The position numbers and the translations under genes were made by a program. Positions 1-13,147 of a DNA stretch of 64,000 nt are shown in pieces. The notes below the pieces were generated by a model. It had not been told where the DNA came from, did not search any database, and saw nothing but the letters and a program-made list of their open reading frames with translations. This DNA is from Pristiophorus japonicus (lineage: Eukaryota), in assembly GCF_044704955.1 (NCBI RefSeq), contig NC_091979.1:317068001-317132000 (forward strand). The letters are read 5' to 3'. Within the stretch, counting starts at the first letter, position 1, and each line of letters starts with the position of its first letter.

Positions 1-84
1 GAGTTGTTTAATTTAGTCCCACACCCCAGCTTTTTCCCCATAACCCTGAAAATTAGTTATCTTCAAATATGTGAGACAAAATAT

Positions 85-304
85 ACTAAGCCTTTATAAA
101 ACATGGTTAGGCCCCATCAAGAGTCCTGTGGCTAACTCTGGGCACCACACTTTAGGAAGGATGGCAAGGCCTGAGAGTGGGTGCAGAGGAGATTTACTAG
201 AACGGGTCCAGGGTGGGAAGATTTCAGTTGTGTTGAGAGATGGAGAAATTGAGGTTGTTCTCCTTAGAGCAGTGAAGATTAAGGGGAGATTTGATCAAGG
301 TGTT
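85..304 (+). mobile_element. Degenerate CR1 LINE ORF2 C-terminal fragment
   Basis: Translates with frameshifts to LYKT..RP...APHFRKD...RRFTR...LFSLEQ*RLRGDLI.VF, which is the CR1 ORF2 C-terminus. It is cut off by the CR1 starting at 305. Confidence 0.7.
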
Positions 305-396
305 CATAGAAACATAGAAAATAGGTGCAGGAGTAGGCCATTCAGCCCTTCTAGCCTGCACCTCCATTCAATGAGTTCATGGCTGAACATGAAACT

Positions 397-3235
397 TCAG
401 TACCCCCTTCCTGCTTTCTCGCCATACCCCTTGATTCCCCGAGTAGTAAGGACTTCATCTAACTCCCTTTTGAATATATTTAGTGAATTGGCCTCAACTA
501 CTTTCTGTGGTAGAGAATTACACAGGTTCACCACTCTCTGGGTGAAGAAGTTTCTCCTCATCTCGGTCCTAAATGGCTTACCCCTTATCCTTAGACTGTG
601 ACCCCTGGTTCTGGACTTCCCCAACATTGGGAACATTCTTCCTGCATCTAACCTGTCCAGTCCCGTCAGAATTTTATATGTTTCTATGAGATCCCCTCTC
701 ATCCTTCTAAACTCCAGTGAATACAGGCCCAGTCGATCCACTCTCTTCTCATATGACAGTCCTGCCATCCCGGGAATCAGTCTGGTGAACCTCCGCTGCA
801 TTCCCTCAATAGCAAGAATGTCCTTCCTCAGATTAGCAGACCAAAACTGAACACAATATTCCAGTTGGGGCCTCACCAAGGCCCTGTACAACTGCAATAA
901 GACTTCCCTGCTCCTATATTCAAATCCCCTTGCTATGAAGGCCAACATACCATTTTCTGCCTTCACCGCCTGCTGTACCTGCATGCCAATCTTCAATGAT
1001 TGATGTACATGACACCCAGGTCTCGCTGCACCTCCCCTTTTCCTAATCTGCCGCCATTCAGATAATATTCTGCCTTCGTGATTTTGCCCCCAAAGTGGAT
1101 AACCTCACATTTATCCACATTATACCGCATCTTCCATGTATTTGCCCACTCACCTAACCTGTCCAAGTCACCCTGCAGCCTCTTAGCATCCTCCTCACAG
1201 CTCACACCGCCACCCAGTTTCGTGTCATCTGCAAACTTGGAGATATTACACTCAATTCCATCATCCAAATCATTAATGTATATTGTAAAGAGTTGGGGTC
1301 CCAGCACTGAGCCCTGCGGCACTCCACTAGTCACTGCCTGCCATTCTGAAAAGGACCCGTTAATCCCGACTCTCTGCTTCCTGTCTGCCAACCAGTTCTC
1401 TATCCACGTCAGTACATTACTCCCAATATCATGTGCTTTAATTTTGCACACCAATCTCTTGTGTGGGACCTTGTCAAAAGCCTTTTGAAAGTCCAAATAC
1501 ACCACATCCACTGGTTCTCCCTTGTCCACTCTACTGGTTACATCCTCAAAAAATTCCAGAAGATTCGTCAAGCATGATTTCCCCTTCATAAATCCATGCT
1601 GACTTGGACCAATCCTATCACTGCTTTCCAAATGTGCTGCTATTTCATCCTTAATGATTGATTCCAAAACTTTCCCCACGACTGATGTCAGGCTAACCCG
1701 TCTATAATTACCCGTTTTCTCTCTCCCTCCTTTTTTAAAAAGTGGTGTTACATTAGCAACCCTCCAGTCCATAGGAACCGATCCAGAGTCCATAGACTGT
1801 TGGAAAATTATCACCAAAGCATCCACTATTTCAAGGGCCACTTCCTTAAGTACTCTGGGATGTAGACTATCAGGTCCTGGGGATTTATCGGCCTTCAATC
1901 CCGTCAATTTCTCGAACACAATTTCCCGCCTAATAAGGATATCCTTCAGTTCCTCCTTCTCACAAGACCTTCGGTTCCCTAGTACATCGGGAAGGTTATT
2001 TGTGTCTTCCTTTGTGAAGACAGAACCAAAGTACTTGTTCAATTGGTCTGCCATTTCTCTGTTCCCCATTATAAATTCACCCGAATCCGATTGCAAGGGA
2101 CCAACGTTTGTCTTCACTAATCTTTTTCTCTTCACATATCTATAGAAGCTTTTGCAGTCATTTTTTATGTATCCGGCAAGCTTACTCTCGTACTCTATTT
2201 TCCCCCTCTTAATTAAACCCTTTGTCCACCTCTGCTGTATTTTAAATTTCTCCCAGTCCTCCGGCTTGCTACTTTTTCTGGCTAATTTGTATGCCTCTTC
2301 CTTGGATTTAACACTATCCTTAATTTCCCTTGTTAGCCACGGTTGAGCCACCTTCACCGTTTTATTTTTACTCCAGAGAGGGATTTACAAATGTTGAAGT
2401 TCATCCATGTGATCTTTAAAGGTTTGCAATTGCCTATCCACCGTCAACCCTTTAAGCATCATTTGCCAGACTAATCTAGGCAATTCGCGCCTCATACCAT
2501 CAAAGTTACCTTTCCTTAAGTTCAGGACCCTAGTTTCTGAATTAACTTTGTCACTCACCATCTTAATAAAGAATTCTACCATATTATGGTCACTCTTCCC
2601 CAAGGGGCCTCGCACAACAAGATTGCTGATTAGTCCCTTCTCATTACACATCACCCAGTCTTGGATGGCCAGCTCTCTGGTTGGTTCCTCAACATATTGG
2701 TCTAGAAAACCATCCCTAATACACTCCAGGAAATCCTCCTCCACCGCATTGCTACCAGTTAGGTTAGCCCAATCAATATATAGATTAAAGTCGCCCATGA
2801 TTACTGCTGTACCTTTATTGCACACATCCCTTGTTTCTTGTTTGATGCTGTCCCCAACTTCAGTACTACTATTTGGTGGCCTGTACACAACTCCCACTCG
2901 CGTTTTCTGCCCTTTGCTATTCCATAGCTTCACCCATACCAATTCCACATGATCCAAGCTAATGTCCTTCCTTACAATTGCATTAATTTCCTCTTTAACC
3001 AGCAATGCCACCCCGCCTCCTTTTCCTTTCTGTCTATATATCCTAAATGCTGAATACCCCTGCATGTTGAGTTCTCAGCCTTGGTCACCCATGTCTCCGT
3101 GATGCCAATCACATCATACCAGTTAACTGCTATCTGCGCAGTTAATTTGTCCACCTTATTCCGAATACTCCTCGCATTGAGGCACAGAGCTTTCAGGCTT
3201 GTCTTTTGAACATACTTTGACCCTTCCGAATTCTG
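397..3235 (-). pseudogene. CR1 ORF2 (APE endonuclease + reverse transcriptase), frameshifted
   Basis: EN motifs IGITETW, GGGVALLV, VVYRPPN, MGDFN, SDHN. RT motifs LDFQKAFDKVPH, GVPQGSVLGP, FADDT. Split across ORFs 2972-3154, 2385-3065, 993-2357 and 397-996. Confidence 0.93.
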
Positions 3236-4321
3236 CTATAAAGTGGCCCTTTTCGTTTTTTGCCTTGGGTTTCTCTGCCCTCCACTTTTACTATTCTCCT
3301 TTCTATCTTTTGCTTCTGTCTCCATTTTATTTCCCTCTGTCTCCCTGCATAGGTTCCCATCCCCCTGCCATATTAGTTTTAGCTCCTCCCAAACAGCACT
3401 AGCAAACACTCCCCCTAGGACATTGGTTCCGGTCCTGTCCAGGTGCAGACCGTCCGGTTTGTACTGGTCCCACCGCCCCCAGAACCAGTTCCAATGTCCC
3501 AGGAATTTGAATCCCTCCTTTCTGCACCACTGCTCAAGCCATGTATTCATTTGAGCTATCCTGCGATACCTACTCTGACTGGCACGTGGCACTGGTAGCA
3601 ATCCTGAGATTACTACTTTTGAGGTCCTACTTTTTAATTTAACTCCTAGCTCCCTAAATTTGTCTCGTAGGACCTCATCCCATTTTTTACCTATATCATT
3701 GGTACCTATATGCACCACAACAACTGACTGTTCACCCTCCCTTTTCAGAATGTCCTGCACCCGCTCCGAGACATCCTTGATCCTTGCACCAGGGAGGCAA
3801 CATACCATCCTGGAGTCTTGGTTGCGGCCGCAGAAATGCCTATTTATTCACCTTACAATCGAATCCCCTATCACTATTGCTCTCCCACTCTTTTTTCTGC
3901 CCTCCTGTGCAGCAGAGCCAGCCACGCTGCCATGAACCTGGCTGCTGCTGCTCTCCCCTGATTAGTCATCCCCCTCAACCTAACCCAAAGCGGTGTATCT
4001 GTTTTGCAGGTGGATGACCGCAGGGGACCCCTGCACTATCTTCCTTGCACTGCTCTTCCTGTTGGTCTTCCATTCCCTATCTGGCTGTGAACCCTTAACC
4101 TGCGGTAAGACTAACTCATGAAATGTGCTATTCACATCTTTCTTAGCATTGTGCATGCTCCAAAGTGAATCCACCCGCAGCTCCAGTTCCGCAACACGGT
4201 TCGTCAGGAGCTGGAGGCGGATACACTTCCCGCACACGGAGTTGTCAGGGACACCGGAGGCGTCCCTGATTTCCCACATGGTACAGAAAGAGCATAACAC
4301 GTGTCCGAGCTCTCCTGTCAT
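3236..4321 (-). pseudogene. CR1 ORF1 (Cys zinc-finger/coiled coil + SGNH esterase-like), broken
   Basis: CSFC..MWE..CGKC, LQNRY, CLPGARIKD, VHIGTND and DGLHL motifs, in two ORFs. Confidence 0.9.
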
Positions 4322-4392
4322 GACTTAACCCCTAGATGAACTTAATTTGGCAGCAACAATGCTAAAGGTTACTTACTGAAATAGAAAAGAGA

Positions 4393-5148
4393 ATGAAAAG
4401 CTTCACCAGTGTTGAATTCAAGGAATTCATGACCAGCAATGGGATCAAGCATGTCACATCTGTCCACTTCAAGCCCGCATCCAACGGCCAGGCAGACGGG
4501 CAGTTCATTCATCAAGCAAAGTTAGAAACGCATGTCGGAAGGCTCCCTACAGACCCGCCTGCCCCGAGTCATGCTCAGCTACCGCACTAGATCCCACTCG
4601 CTCACCGGGGTTCCCCCAGCCAAGCTGCTCATGAAAAGTGTGCTCAAAACAAGACTCTGTCTTGTCCACCCTGATCTCCATGATCACGTCGAGGATAGGC
4701 AGCATCAACAAAGCATGTACCATGATCGCGCAAATTTGTGATGCGATATTGAAGTCAATGACCCTGTATTTGTACTCAACTATGGACATGGTCCCAAATA
4801 GCTTGCTGACACTTTCATAGCCAAAGAAGGGAGTAGGGTGTTTCAGGTCAAACTCGCAAATGGACTAACTTGCAGAACGCATTTAGACCAAACCAAACTG
4901 CGATTCACAGACAGCCACGAGCAACCTGAAGAAGACACCACCAACTTTGATCCTCCGGCACATACAAGTGGCAACCAACATCACGGTTGACCATGAAGCC
5001 CAGCAAGGCCAGCTGCGCTGCAGCCCAGCGAAGAATCAACCGCCTCACCTGCACCTGCATTTGTACCGAGAAGATCGTCTAGGGAGCGGAAAGCCCCAGA
5101 TCGTCTCACCCTGTAAATAAGTATACTATTGACTTTGGGAGGGAGTGA
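4393..5148 (+). mobile_element. Gypsy/Ty3 LTR retrotransposon remnant: integrase C-half and polypurine tract
   Basis: FTSVEFKEFMTSNGIKHVTS..KPASNGQA and LSYRTR.HSLTGVPPA.LLM. PPT GGGAGGGAG at 5137-5145. Confidence 0.85.
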
Positions 5149-5361
5149 TGTTATGTATGCAACCCGATATAACCAGCATTCTACTGCCACCAGAGAGTGT
5201 ATCTGTTGGAGTTCCAAGGGATCCCAGCATCCCTTGGCAGTAATGTTTATAAGCAGGCCTCCCATGCTGTACCAGCACTCTGGAGTTAGAATAAAGAGAC
5301 TAAGGTCACACTTACTCACGTCTACAGTACTCAGTCACATTGCTTTGTTCAAGATATAACA
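5149..5361 (+). mobile_element. 3' LTR of the Gypsy remnant (213 bp)
   Basis: TGTTAT...ATAACA inverted termini, directly after the PPT, with AATAAA at about 5290. Confidence 0.85.
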
Positions 5362-6675
5362 CGAATGGAGGGAGGCCCAGAGCTCCCTGGTTTAGTGAGG
5401 AGGTGCTGGAAGAACTTGTATGTGAATTGGAGTGCCATTATAAAGACCTTACCCGGGATGGTCGTGGCAAGCCTGCACCACCCGAATACAGACACATTTG
5501 GCGGGAGATGGGGGAGGCTGTGTCCTCAGTAAGCAATGTTGTGTGGGATGGAGACCAGTGTAGGAAACGATGGAACCATATGGTTGCATCATCAAGAATA
5601 AATAAACATGTATTGTTGCACTCCCATACTATTCCAAAAGGTTCTCTGTCCATTGTGTCTGTGTGGTTGTGTGTGCGGGTGTTACATGAGCAAAACAGGT
5701 AAAGGCTGCAACTTTTATTTCTGCAGAAGAAAAGAGCATCCAACACATCAAAGCAGAGTGGCATGGGAGGGGGCTCACCAGATTTCATCGAGGTGACTAG
5801 CTTAGAGGAGCGTGCTTTGGCTGTGGTGGGTGACCACCCCCGTGCCACCACACAGGGTGGTGCAGATCCCGTGCTAGAGCAGGGTAAGCATTACTGAATC
5901 TCCGGTCTGTGTCACGCTCATGTCATGCAAGGTCATGTAATGTTATGTCAACTGTTTTTTATCGCACTGTGTGTCGCCCATTAATGCTGTGCTCATGTAG
6001 CGATGGAAGTCCTTGAAGTAAGAATGAGAAATGTGACGGAAACATGTCACATGACCAACCCCCCCCCCCCCCCCCACACCTGCTACACACCTAAATGTTG
6101 TCCTCTACGTCCAGATGTTGATTGGGACAGCACCGATCAATGCACCCCATCCACCTCTGATACACAAAGGCAGTGTCAAACAACCCGCCTTCCACCTCGA
6201 CACCATCAGCAGCTCAACACACCAGCTCCTTCCCCCACCCACCAGATCACACACATCCCCCACATCAACCTCCGCCACCCAGAGACAGAGACACGAAGAC
6301 CAGGAGGGAGAGGAGGGAGAAGTGCCAGTGTTCGAACTACTTGAGGTCGAGGAGCTGCAAGAGGAGGACTCCAGCCTCCTGACATGTGTGTCACCTGTTC
6401 GGCCAACATCGCTTTCGGGGTCGGATTTTTTGGGATTCGAATTGGACGACGTGGGAACAAGTGTTGGGAGGTACAGAAGCCGTGCCGGAAAAGCCACCAA
6501 GCCACAATCATCCATGATGATGCAACAAGCCGATGAGGATGCAGGACGGGGGGGAGGCATTCCAGGAAATGGTGCAGTTGTCGAGGACGAGTGTCGAGAT
6601 AGGTCGAGATCTGCTGCAGGCCAGGGCTGGGATAGGTGCCAGCATTGCCACCTTTGCAGAGGAGCATTCTGCCAG

Positions 6676-9220
6676 TATGTCGCGGCTCATCAGTGCGGTG
6701 GAGCGAAACACCGACTCTGTAGAGGCCATGTGCCAATCGATGCTTTCGGGCCATGTCATGCAACCCCCCGATGCCTCACCAACGAGGCCGACAGATCCCA
6801 AGGAGCTGGAGTTACCAGTGGATTTCATCTCACCCCCTACATTCTCTCCAAGACGAACATGGCAGCAGGGCTCCACTGCCCTCCTGCACAAAGTCATGGA
6901 GCAGAGGCGGTGAGGGGCAGTATGTCATAGAAACATAGAAACATAGAAAATAGGTGCAGGAGTAGGCCATTCAGCCCTTCGAGCCTGCACCACCATTCAA
7001 TAAGATCATGGCTGATCATTCCCTCGGTACCCCTTTCCTGCTTTCTCTCCATACCTCTTGATCCCTTTAGCCGTAAGGGCTATATCTAACTCCCTCTTGA
7101 ATATATCCAATGAACTGCCATCAACAACTCTCTGCAGCAGGGAATTTCATAGGTTAATAACTCTCTGAGTGAAGAAGTTCCTCCTCATCTCAGTCCTAAA
7201 TGGCCTACCTCTTATCCTAAGACTGTGTCCCATGGTTCTGGACTTCCCCAACATCGGGAACATTCTTCCTGCATCTAACCTGTCCAGTCTCGTCAGAATC
7301 TCATATATTTCTATGAGATCCCCTCTCATCCTTCTAAACTCCAGTGTATAAAGGCCCAGTCGATCCAGTCTCTCCTCAAATGTCAGTCCAGCCATCCCTG
7401 GACTCAGTCTGGTGAACCTTCGCTGCACTCCCTCAATGGCAAGAACGTCCTTCCTCAGATTAGGAGACCAAAACTGAACTCACCAAGGCCCTGTACAACT
7501 GCAGTAAGACCTCCCTGCTCCTATACTCAAATCACCTAGCTCTGAAGGCCAACATGCCATTTGCCTTCTTCACCGCCTACTGTACTTGCATGCCAACTTT
7601 CAATAACTGATAAACCATGACACCTAGGTCTCATTGCACCTCCCCTTTTCCTAATCTGCTGCCATTCAGATAATATTCTGCCTTCGTGTTTTTGCCCCCA
7701 AAGTGGATAACCTCACATTTATCCACATTATACTGCATCTGCCATGCATTTGCCCACTCACCTAACTTGTCCAAATCACCCTGCAGCCTCTTAGTGTCCT
7801 CCTCACAGCTCACACCGCCACCCAGTTTAGTGCCATCTGCAAACCTGGAGATGTTACACTCAATTCCTTCATCCCAATCATTAATATATATTGTAAAGAG
7901 CTAGGGTCCCAGGACTGAGCCCTGCAGCATTCCACTAGTCACTGCCTCCCATTCCGAAAAGGAACCGTTTATCCCGACTCTCTGCTTCCTGTCTGCCAAC
8001 CAATTCTCTATCCACGCCAGTACATTATCCCCAATACCATGTGCTTTAATTTTTCACACCAATCTCTTGTCAAAGGCCTTTTGAAAGTCGAAATACACCA
8101 CATCCACTGGTTCTCCCTTGCCCACTCTGCTAGTTACATCCTCAAAAAATTCCAGAAGATTCGTCAAGCATGATTTCCCTTTCATAAATCCATGCTGACT
8201 TGGACCGATCCTGTCACTGCTTTCCAAATGCGCTGCTATTTCATCCTTAATAATTGATTCCAATATTTTTCCCAATACTGATGTCAGGCTACCCAGTCTA
8301 TAATTACCCGTTTTCTCTCTTCCTCCCTTTTTAAAAAGTAGTGTTACATTAGCTACCCTCCAGTCCATAGGAACTGATCCAGAATCGATAGACTGTTGGA
8401 AAATGATCACCAATGCATCCACTATTTCTAGGGCCACTTCCTTAAGTACTCTGGGATGCTAACCTTCAGGCCCTGGGGATTTATTGGCCTTCAATCCCAT
8501 CAATTTCCCTAACACAATTTACCACCTAATAAGGATATCCTTCAGTTCCTCCTTTCACTAGACCCTCAGTCCCCTCGTACTTTCAGAAGGTTATTTGTGT
8601 CTTCCTTTGTGAAGACAGAACCAAAGTATTTGTTCAATTGGTCTGCTATTTCGTTGTTCCCCATTATAAATTCACCTGAGTCCGACTGCAAGGGACCTAC
8701 GTTTGTCTTCACTAATCTTTTTCTCTTCACATATCGAAAGAAGCTTTTGCAGTCATTTTTTTATGTTTCCGGCAAGCTCCCTCTCGTACTCTATTTTCCC
8801 CCTCCTAATTAAACCCTTTGTCCTCCTCTGCTGTATTCTAAATTTCTCCCAGTCCTCAGGTATGCTGCCTTTTCTGGCCAATTTGTATGCCTCTTCCTTG
8901 GATTTAACACTATCCCTAATTTCCCTTGTTAGCCACGGTTGAGCCACCTTCGCTGTTTGATTTTTACTCCAGACAGGGATATACAATGTACAAGGATGTC
9001 GCGGCTCATCAGTGCGGTGGAGCGAAACACCGACTCTGTAGAGGTCATGTGCCAATCGATGGTTTCGGGCCATGTCATGCAAACCCCTGAAACCTCACCA
9101 ACGAGGCCGACAGATCCCGAGGAGTTGCCAGCGGATTCCATCTCGCCCCCTACATTCTCTCCAAGACGAACACGGCAGCAAGGCTCCACAATGTCATGGA
9201 GCAGAGGCGGTGAGGGGCAG
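6676..9220 (+). repeat. About 245-bp tandem duplication (6676-6920 and 6921-6926 + 8996-9220), separated by a later CR1
   Basis: The two copies align directly with scattered substitutions and two indels. Confidence 0.9.
6926..8995 (-). mobile_element. 5'-truncated CR1 LINE
   Basis: (CATAGAAA)n tail and RT motifs. Candidate TSD ATGTC at 6922-6926 and 8996-9000. Confidence 0.93.
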
Positions 9221-10096
9221 GGGTGCGTGTTGCCATGGTGAAAGCGGAACCATGAAGAAGGCAATAGGCCTCACATCGAGGGGGGGAAAGAGAGGTGGTG
9301 GTAGTGGATGGAGGGTTGGGTGTTGGTGCTGGTGATGTTGGTAACTCTTCATTAAGCTATTGCTGTTGCTTCACATGGTTCGTTTGGATTCTCACTTGAC
9401 TGGTTTTGGAAATAATGTACAATTTTTGGATTCACTTGTTTGCATGTCCTGTCATTTGCCATGCTGCACTATTCAATACAGACACATTGTTCACCAACTC
9501 TTGGCCAGTGTTTCATTTTTATATCATCTGGGGTACGTACTGAGAAACAGACAGACCTCCTTCAGGTGTACTGGTCTCTGAGCAATATCTTGGCGTCCAC
9601 ATATAATGTGACTCTTTATTGGGTCCTGTCATCAGGCGATCTCGCAACGACAAGGGTGACCAATGCAGGAAGGCTGTCATTGAATGAGAGATATTTGCAC
9701 AACTTGGAGGGCACACATTAAGACTTACACTTCAGTCCACATTGCCGAGCCCCACCCCTGATATGACATGTTACTCGTTATATCTATTGTCCTGTATTCT
9801 ATACTTGAGTTCCTGTTGTTCGCAGGTTCACATCCTCCTACCTAACAGAACCTTACATGATCTCATTTTTGCCTAAATAATTTGACATAAGCTCATACCA
9901 TCTGAACATTCACATGGACTCAATAAATCTGGTCCGCCTGCAATGTTCTAAACACCCTTATAGTACACCTCCATCGAGTCTTCACTGTATCCCGTAGCAC
10001 ATTTCCACTTCCTATACCACACCTGCCCTTCAACAGAGTACTTTTTATTTACATCTGTGAAGTCTTTGTGCAGTTAATTTGCATCTGTGAACTCAT

Positions 10097-11450
10097 TCTG
10101 AGGGTGTGATAATGGTGCAGTGTGTGTCTGTTACCCGGGATGTACATTCTGGACCACTCTGAGGGTGTGATAATGGTGCAGTGTGTGTCTGTTACCCGGG
10201 ATGTGTAGCTCTGGATCACTCTGAGGGTGTGATAATGGTGCAGTGTGTGTCTGTTACCCGGGATGTACATTCTGGACCACTCTGAGGGTGTGATAATGGT
10301 GCAGTGTGTGTCTGTTCCCCGGGATGTGTAGCTCTGGATCACTCTGAGGGTGTGATAATGGTGCAGTGTGTGTCTATTACCCGGGATGTGCAGCTCTAGG
10401 CCACTCTGAGGGTGTGATAATGGTGCAGTGTGTGTCTGTTCCCCGGGATGTGTAGCTCTAGACCACTCTGAGGGTGTGATAATGGTGCAGTGTGTGTATG
10501 TTACCCGGGATGTACACTCTGGACCACTCTGAGAGTGTGATAATGGTGCAGTGTGTGTCTGTTACCTGGGATGTGTAGCTCTGGATCAACTCTGAGGGTG
10601 TGATAATGGTGCAGTGTGTCTGTTACCCGGGATGTACACTCTGGATCACTCTGAGGGTGTGATAATGGTGCAGTGTGTGTATGTTACTCGGGATGTGCTC
10701 TCTGGACCACTCTGAGGGTGTGATAATGGTTCAGTGTGTGTCTGTTACCCGGGATGTACACTCTGGACCACTCTGAGGGTGTGATAATGGTGCAGTGTGT
10801 ATCTGTTCCCCAGGATGTATAGCTCTAGACCACTCTGAGGGTGTGATAATGGTGCAGTGTGTGTATGTTACTCGGGATGTGCTCTCTGGACCACTCTGAG
10901 GGTGTGATAATGGTGCAGTATGTGTCTGTTACCCGGGATGTGCAGCTCTGGACCACTCTGAGGGTGTGATAATGGTGCAGTGTGTGTCTGTTCCCCAGGA
11001 TGTACAGCTCTAGACCACTCTGAGGGTGTGATAATGGTGCAGTGTGTGTCTGTTCCCCGGGATGTGTACTCTGGACCACTCTGAGGGTGTGATAATGGTG
11101 CAGTGTGTGTCTGTTCCCCAGGATGTACAGCTCTAGACCACTCTGAGGGTGTGATAATGGTGCAGTGTGTGTCTGTTCCCCGGGATGTGTACTCTGGACC
11201 ACTCTGAGGGTGTGATAATGGTGCAGTGTGTGTCTGTTACCCGGGATGTACACTCTGGACCACTCTGAGGGTGTGATAATGGTGCAGTGTGTGTATGTTC
11301 CCCGGGATGTGCACTCTGGACCACTCTGAGGGTGTGATAATGGTGCAGTGTGTATATGTTACCCAGGATGTACACTCTGGACCACTCTGAGGGTGTGATA
11401 ATGGTGCAGTGTGTGTCTGTTCCCCGGGATGTACATTCTGGACTATTCTG
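10097..11450. repeat. 61-62 bp minisatellite, about 22 copies
   Basis: Unit CTCTGAGGGTGTGATAATGGTGCAGTGTGTGTCTGTTACCCGGGATGTACACTCTGGACCA. Confidence 0.97.
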
Positions 11451-11794
11451 TGCGATTGTCCCTGCCGCCCGAATCACAACCCGCTCAGAGCACCTTTTTC
11501 CCAGCGGTCAGTCTGGTTGGCGGGAGCAGCATGTTAGAGGATCCTAGACCACCACAATCCCATTTTTGGAGCCTCCAGCCTGGGCGGGCAGTAGGAAGTT
11601 GCACCGGTGGTACTTCCCTGAAGAAACTCCCGCCCCGCGGGATCTGGGCGGCAGATGGGCTGTACATGAGGAATCACAACAAAATATTTAAGGCAGCACT
11701 ACCTTGGCGGCTGTGGGTGGTATTGGGCAGCTCATTGATCAAGTTCAGGCCCGATAACTTGCTAATACAGGATTAAATTAATAATTTAAACTAT

Positions 11795-13130
11795 GGGGCT
11801 GAATTTGGTCAAGGTCTCCGCTCGCCCAAGTGCCGCCCAAAGTGCCGCCGATGGCCGCCGAGGATCGGACGGTACTTTCGGCGGGGTTTTCATCGCCGAG
11901 GTCCCTCGATGTCGGAGGGTGACAAACCAATGACGTACGCCACCAATCTGGGCGGCAGCGGGCGGGAGTCTCATTCTCAGCGGCAGAGGCACTTGCCTCC
12001 CAAGTGCCGCCGAGGATGGAGTTGGGCCCACGGAGGGTCGAAGAGGTCAAAATAAAAATCGTCACCAACAAAAAAACCACATCTGAGGACCTCCAGGTAA
12101 GTCCCTGCAAATAAATAATTTATCAACATTCCACTTACCTTTGTTACAGGATCTTGACACTTACCGTTGAGGACAGAGCAGCCTCCACCCAGCGGTCCCC
12201 CGCCGTCCTGCCGCCGACTCCCGCCCACACCAATCGGGCATCTCGGCGGGCGGGAGTCGACTTACGTGCATCAGCCATCCGCTGACATTGACGGGCACTT
12301 CCCGGCGGCTCTCCCTTCCCACCCGCTCCAGGCCACATCGAAAGTGGCACTGGGCAGTTCGAGCAGAGGAATGTTGGCAGCAGTGGGCGGCAGTGGGAGG
12401 CAGTGGATGGCAGTGGATGGCAGTGGGCGGCAGTGGATGGCAGCGGGTGGCAGTGGGAGGCAGTGGGTGGCAGTGGGCAGCAATGGATGGCAGTGGGTGG
12501 CAGTGGGCAGCAGTGGATGGCAGTGGGTGGCAGTGGGAGGCAGTGGATGGCAGTGGGTGGCAGTGGGCGGCAGTGGGAGGCAGTGGATGGCAGTGGGTGG
12601 CAGTGGGAGGCAGTGGATGGCAGTGGGCAGCAGTGGATGGCAGTGGCTGGCAGTGGGCAGCAGTGGATGGCAGTGGGTTGCAGTGGGCAGCAGTGGATTG
12701 CAGTGGATGGCAGTGGATGGCAGTGGGTGGCAATGGATGGGAGTGGATGGCAGTGAGTGGCAGTGGGCGGCAGTGGATGGCAGTGGGTGGCAGTGGATGG
12801 GAGTGGATGGCAGTGGGTGGCAGTGGGCGGCAGTGGATGACAGCGGATGGCAGTGGGCGGCAGCAGATGGCAGTGGGCCGCAGTGGGCAGCAGTGGGTGG
12901 CAGTGGATGGCAATGGGTGGCAGTGGATGGCAGTGGGCGGCAGTGGATGGCAGTGGATGGGAGTGGGTGGCAGTGGGTGGCAGTGGGCAGCAGTGGGTGG
13001 CAGTGGATGGCAGTGAGCGGCAGTGGGCGGCAGTGAATGGCAATGGGTGGCAGTGAATGGCAGTGGGCGGCAGTGGGCGGCAGTGGATGGCAGTGGATGG
13101 CAGTGAGTGGCAGTCATTAAAATTGGCCCC
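11795..13130. mobile_element. GC-rich non-autonomous DNA-transposon-like element carrying a decamer array
   Basis: Imperfect termini GGGGCTGAATTT and AAATTGGCCCC resemble the Harbinger TIRs in this window. No TSD found. Confidence 0.4.
12381..13114. repeat. 10-bp tandem repeat (CAGTGGRYGG)n, about 73 copies
   Basis: Seen directly in the sequence. Confidence 0.97.
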
Positions 13131-13147
13131 CAGATCAATTAATTCTT

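Larger units (their letters stand above)
305..4390 (-). mobile_element. Near full-length CR1 LINE, inactivated
   Basis: (CATAGAAA)n 3' tail at 305. ORF2 and ORF1 lie in the correct order with several frameshifts. Confidence 0.95.
5362..9300 (+). pseudogene. Harbinger-type Myb/SANT DNA-binding protein gene (spliced, decayed, interrupted by CR1)
   Basis: RAPWFSEEVLEELV...W.EMGEAVS...QCRKRWNHM. Second exon after TTCTGCAG reads KKR...GGG..EVTSLEERAL and is followed by a GTAAGC donor. Confidence 0.75.

Noticed and set aside
71-601. Antisense ORFs over CR1 elements (this one and many like it)
   Set aside because: Shadow frames of LINE ORF2 with no independent protein features.
6676-9220. 245-bp repeat as a giant CR1 target-site duplication
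   Set aside because: Copy 2 begins left of the CR1 and a short ATGTC TSD explains the insertion.
10097-11450. 61-bp array as a CRISPR array
   Set aside because: The variable parts are variants of one sequence, not unique spacers. There are no cas genes and the context is vertebrate.
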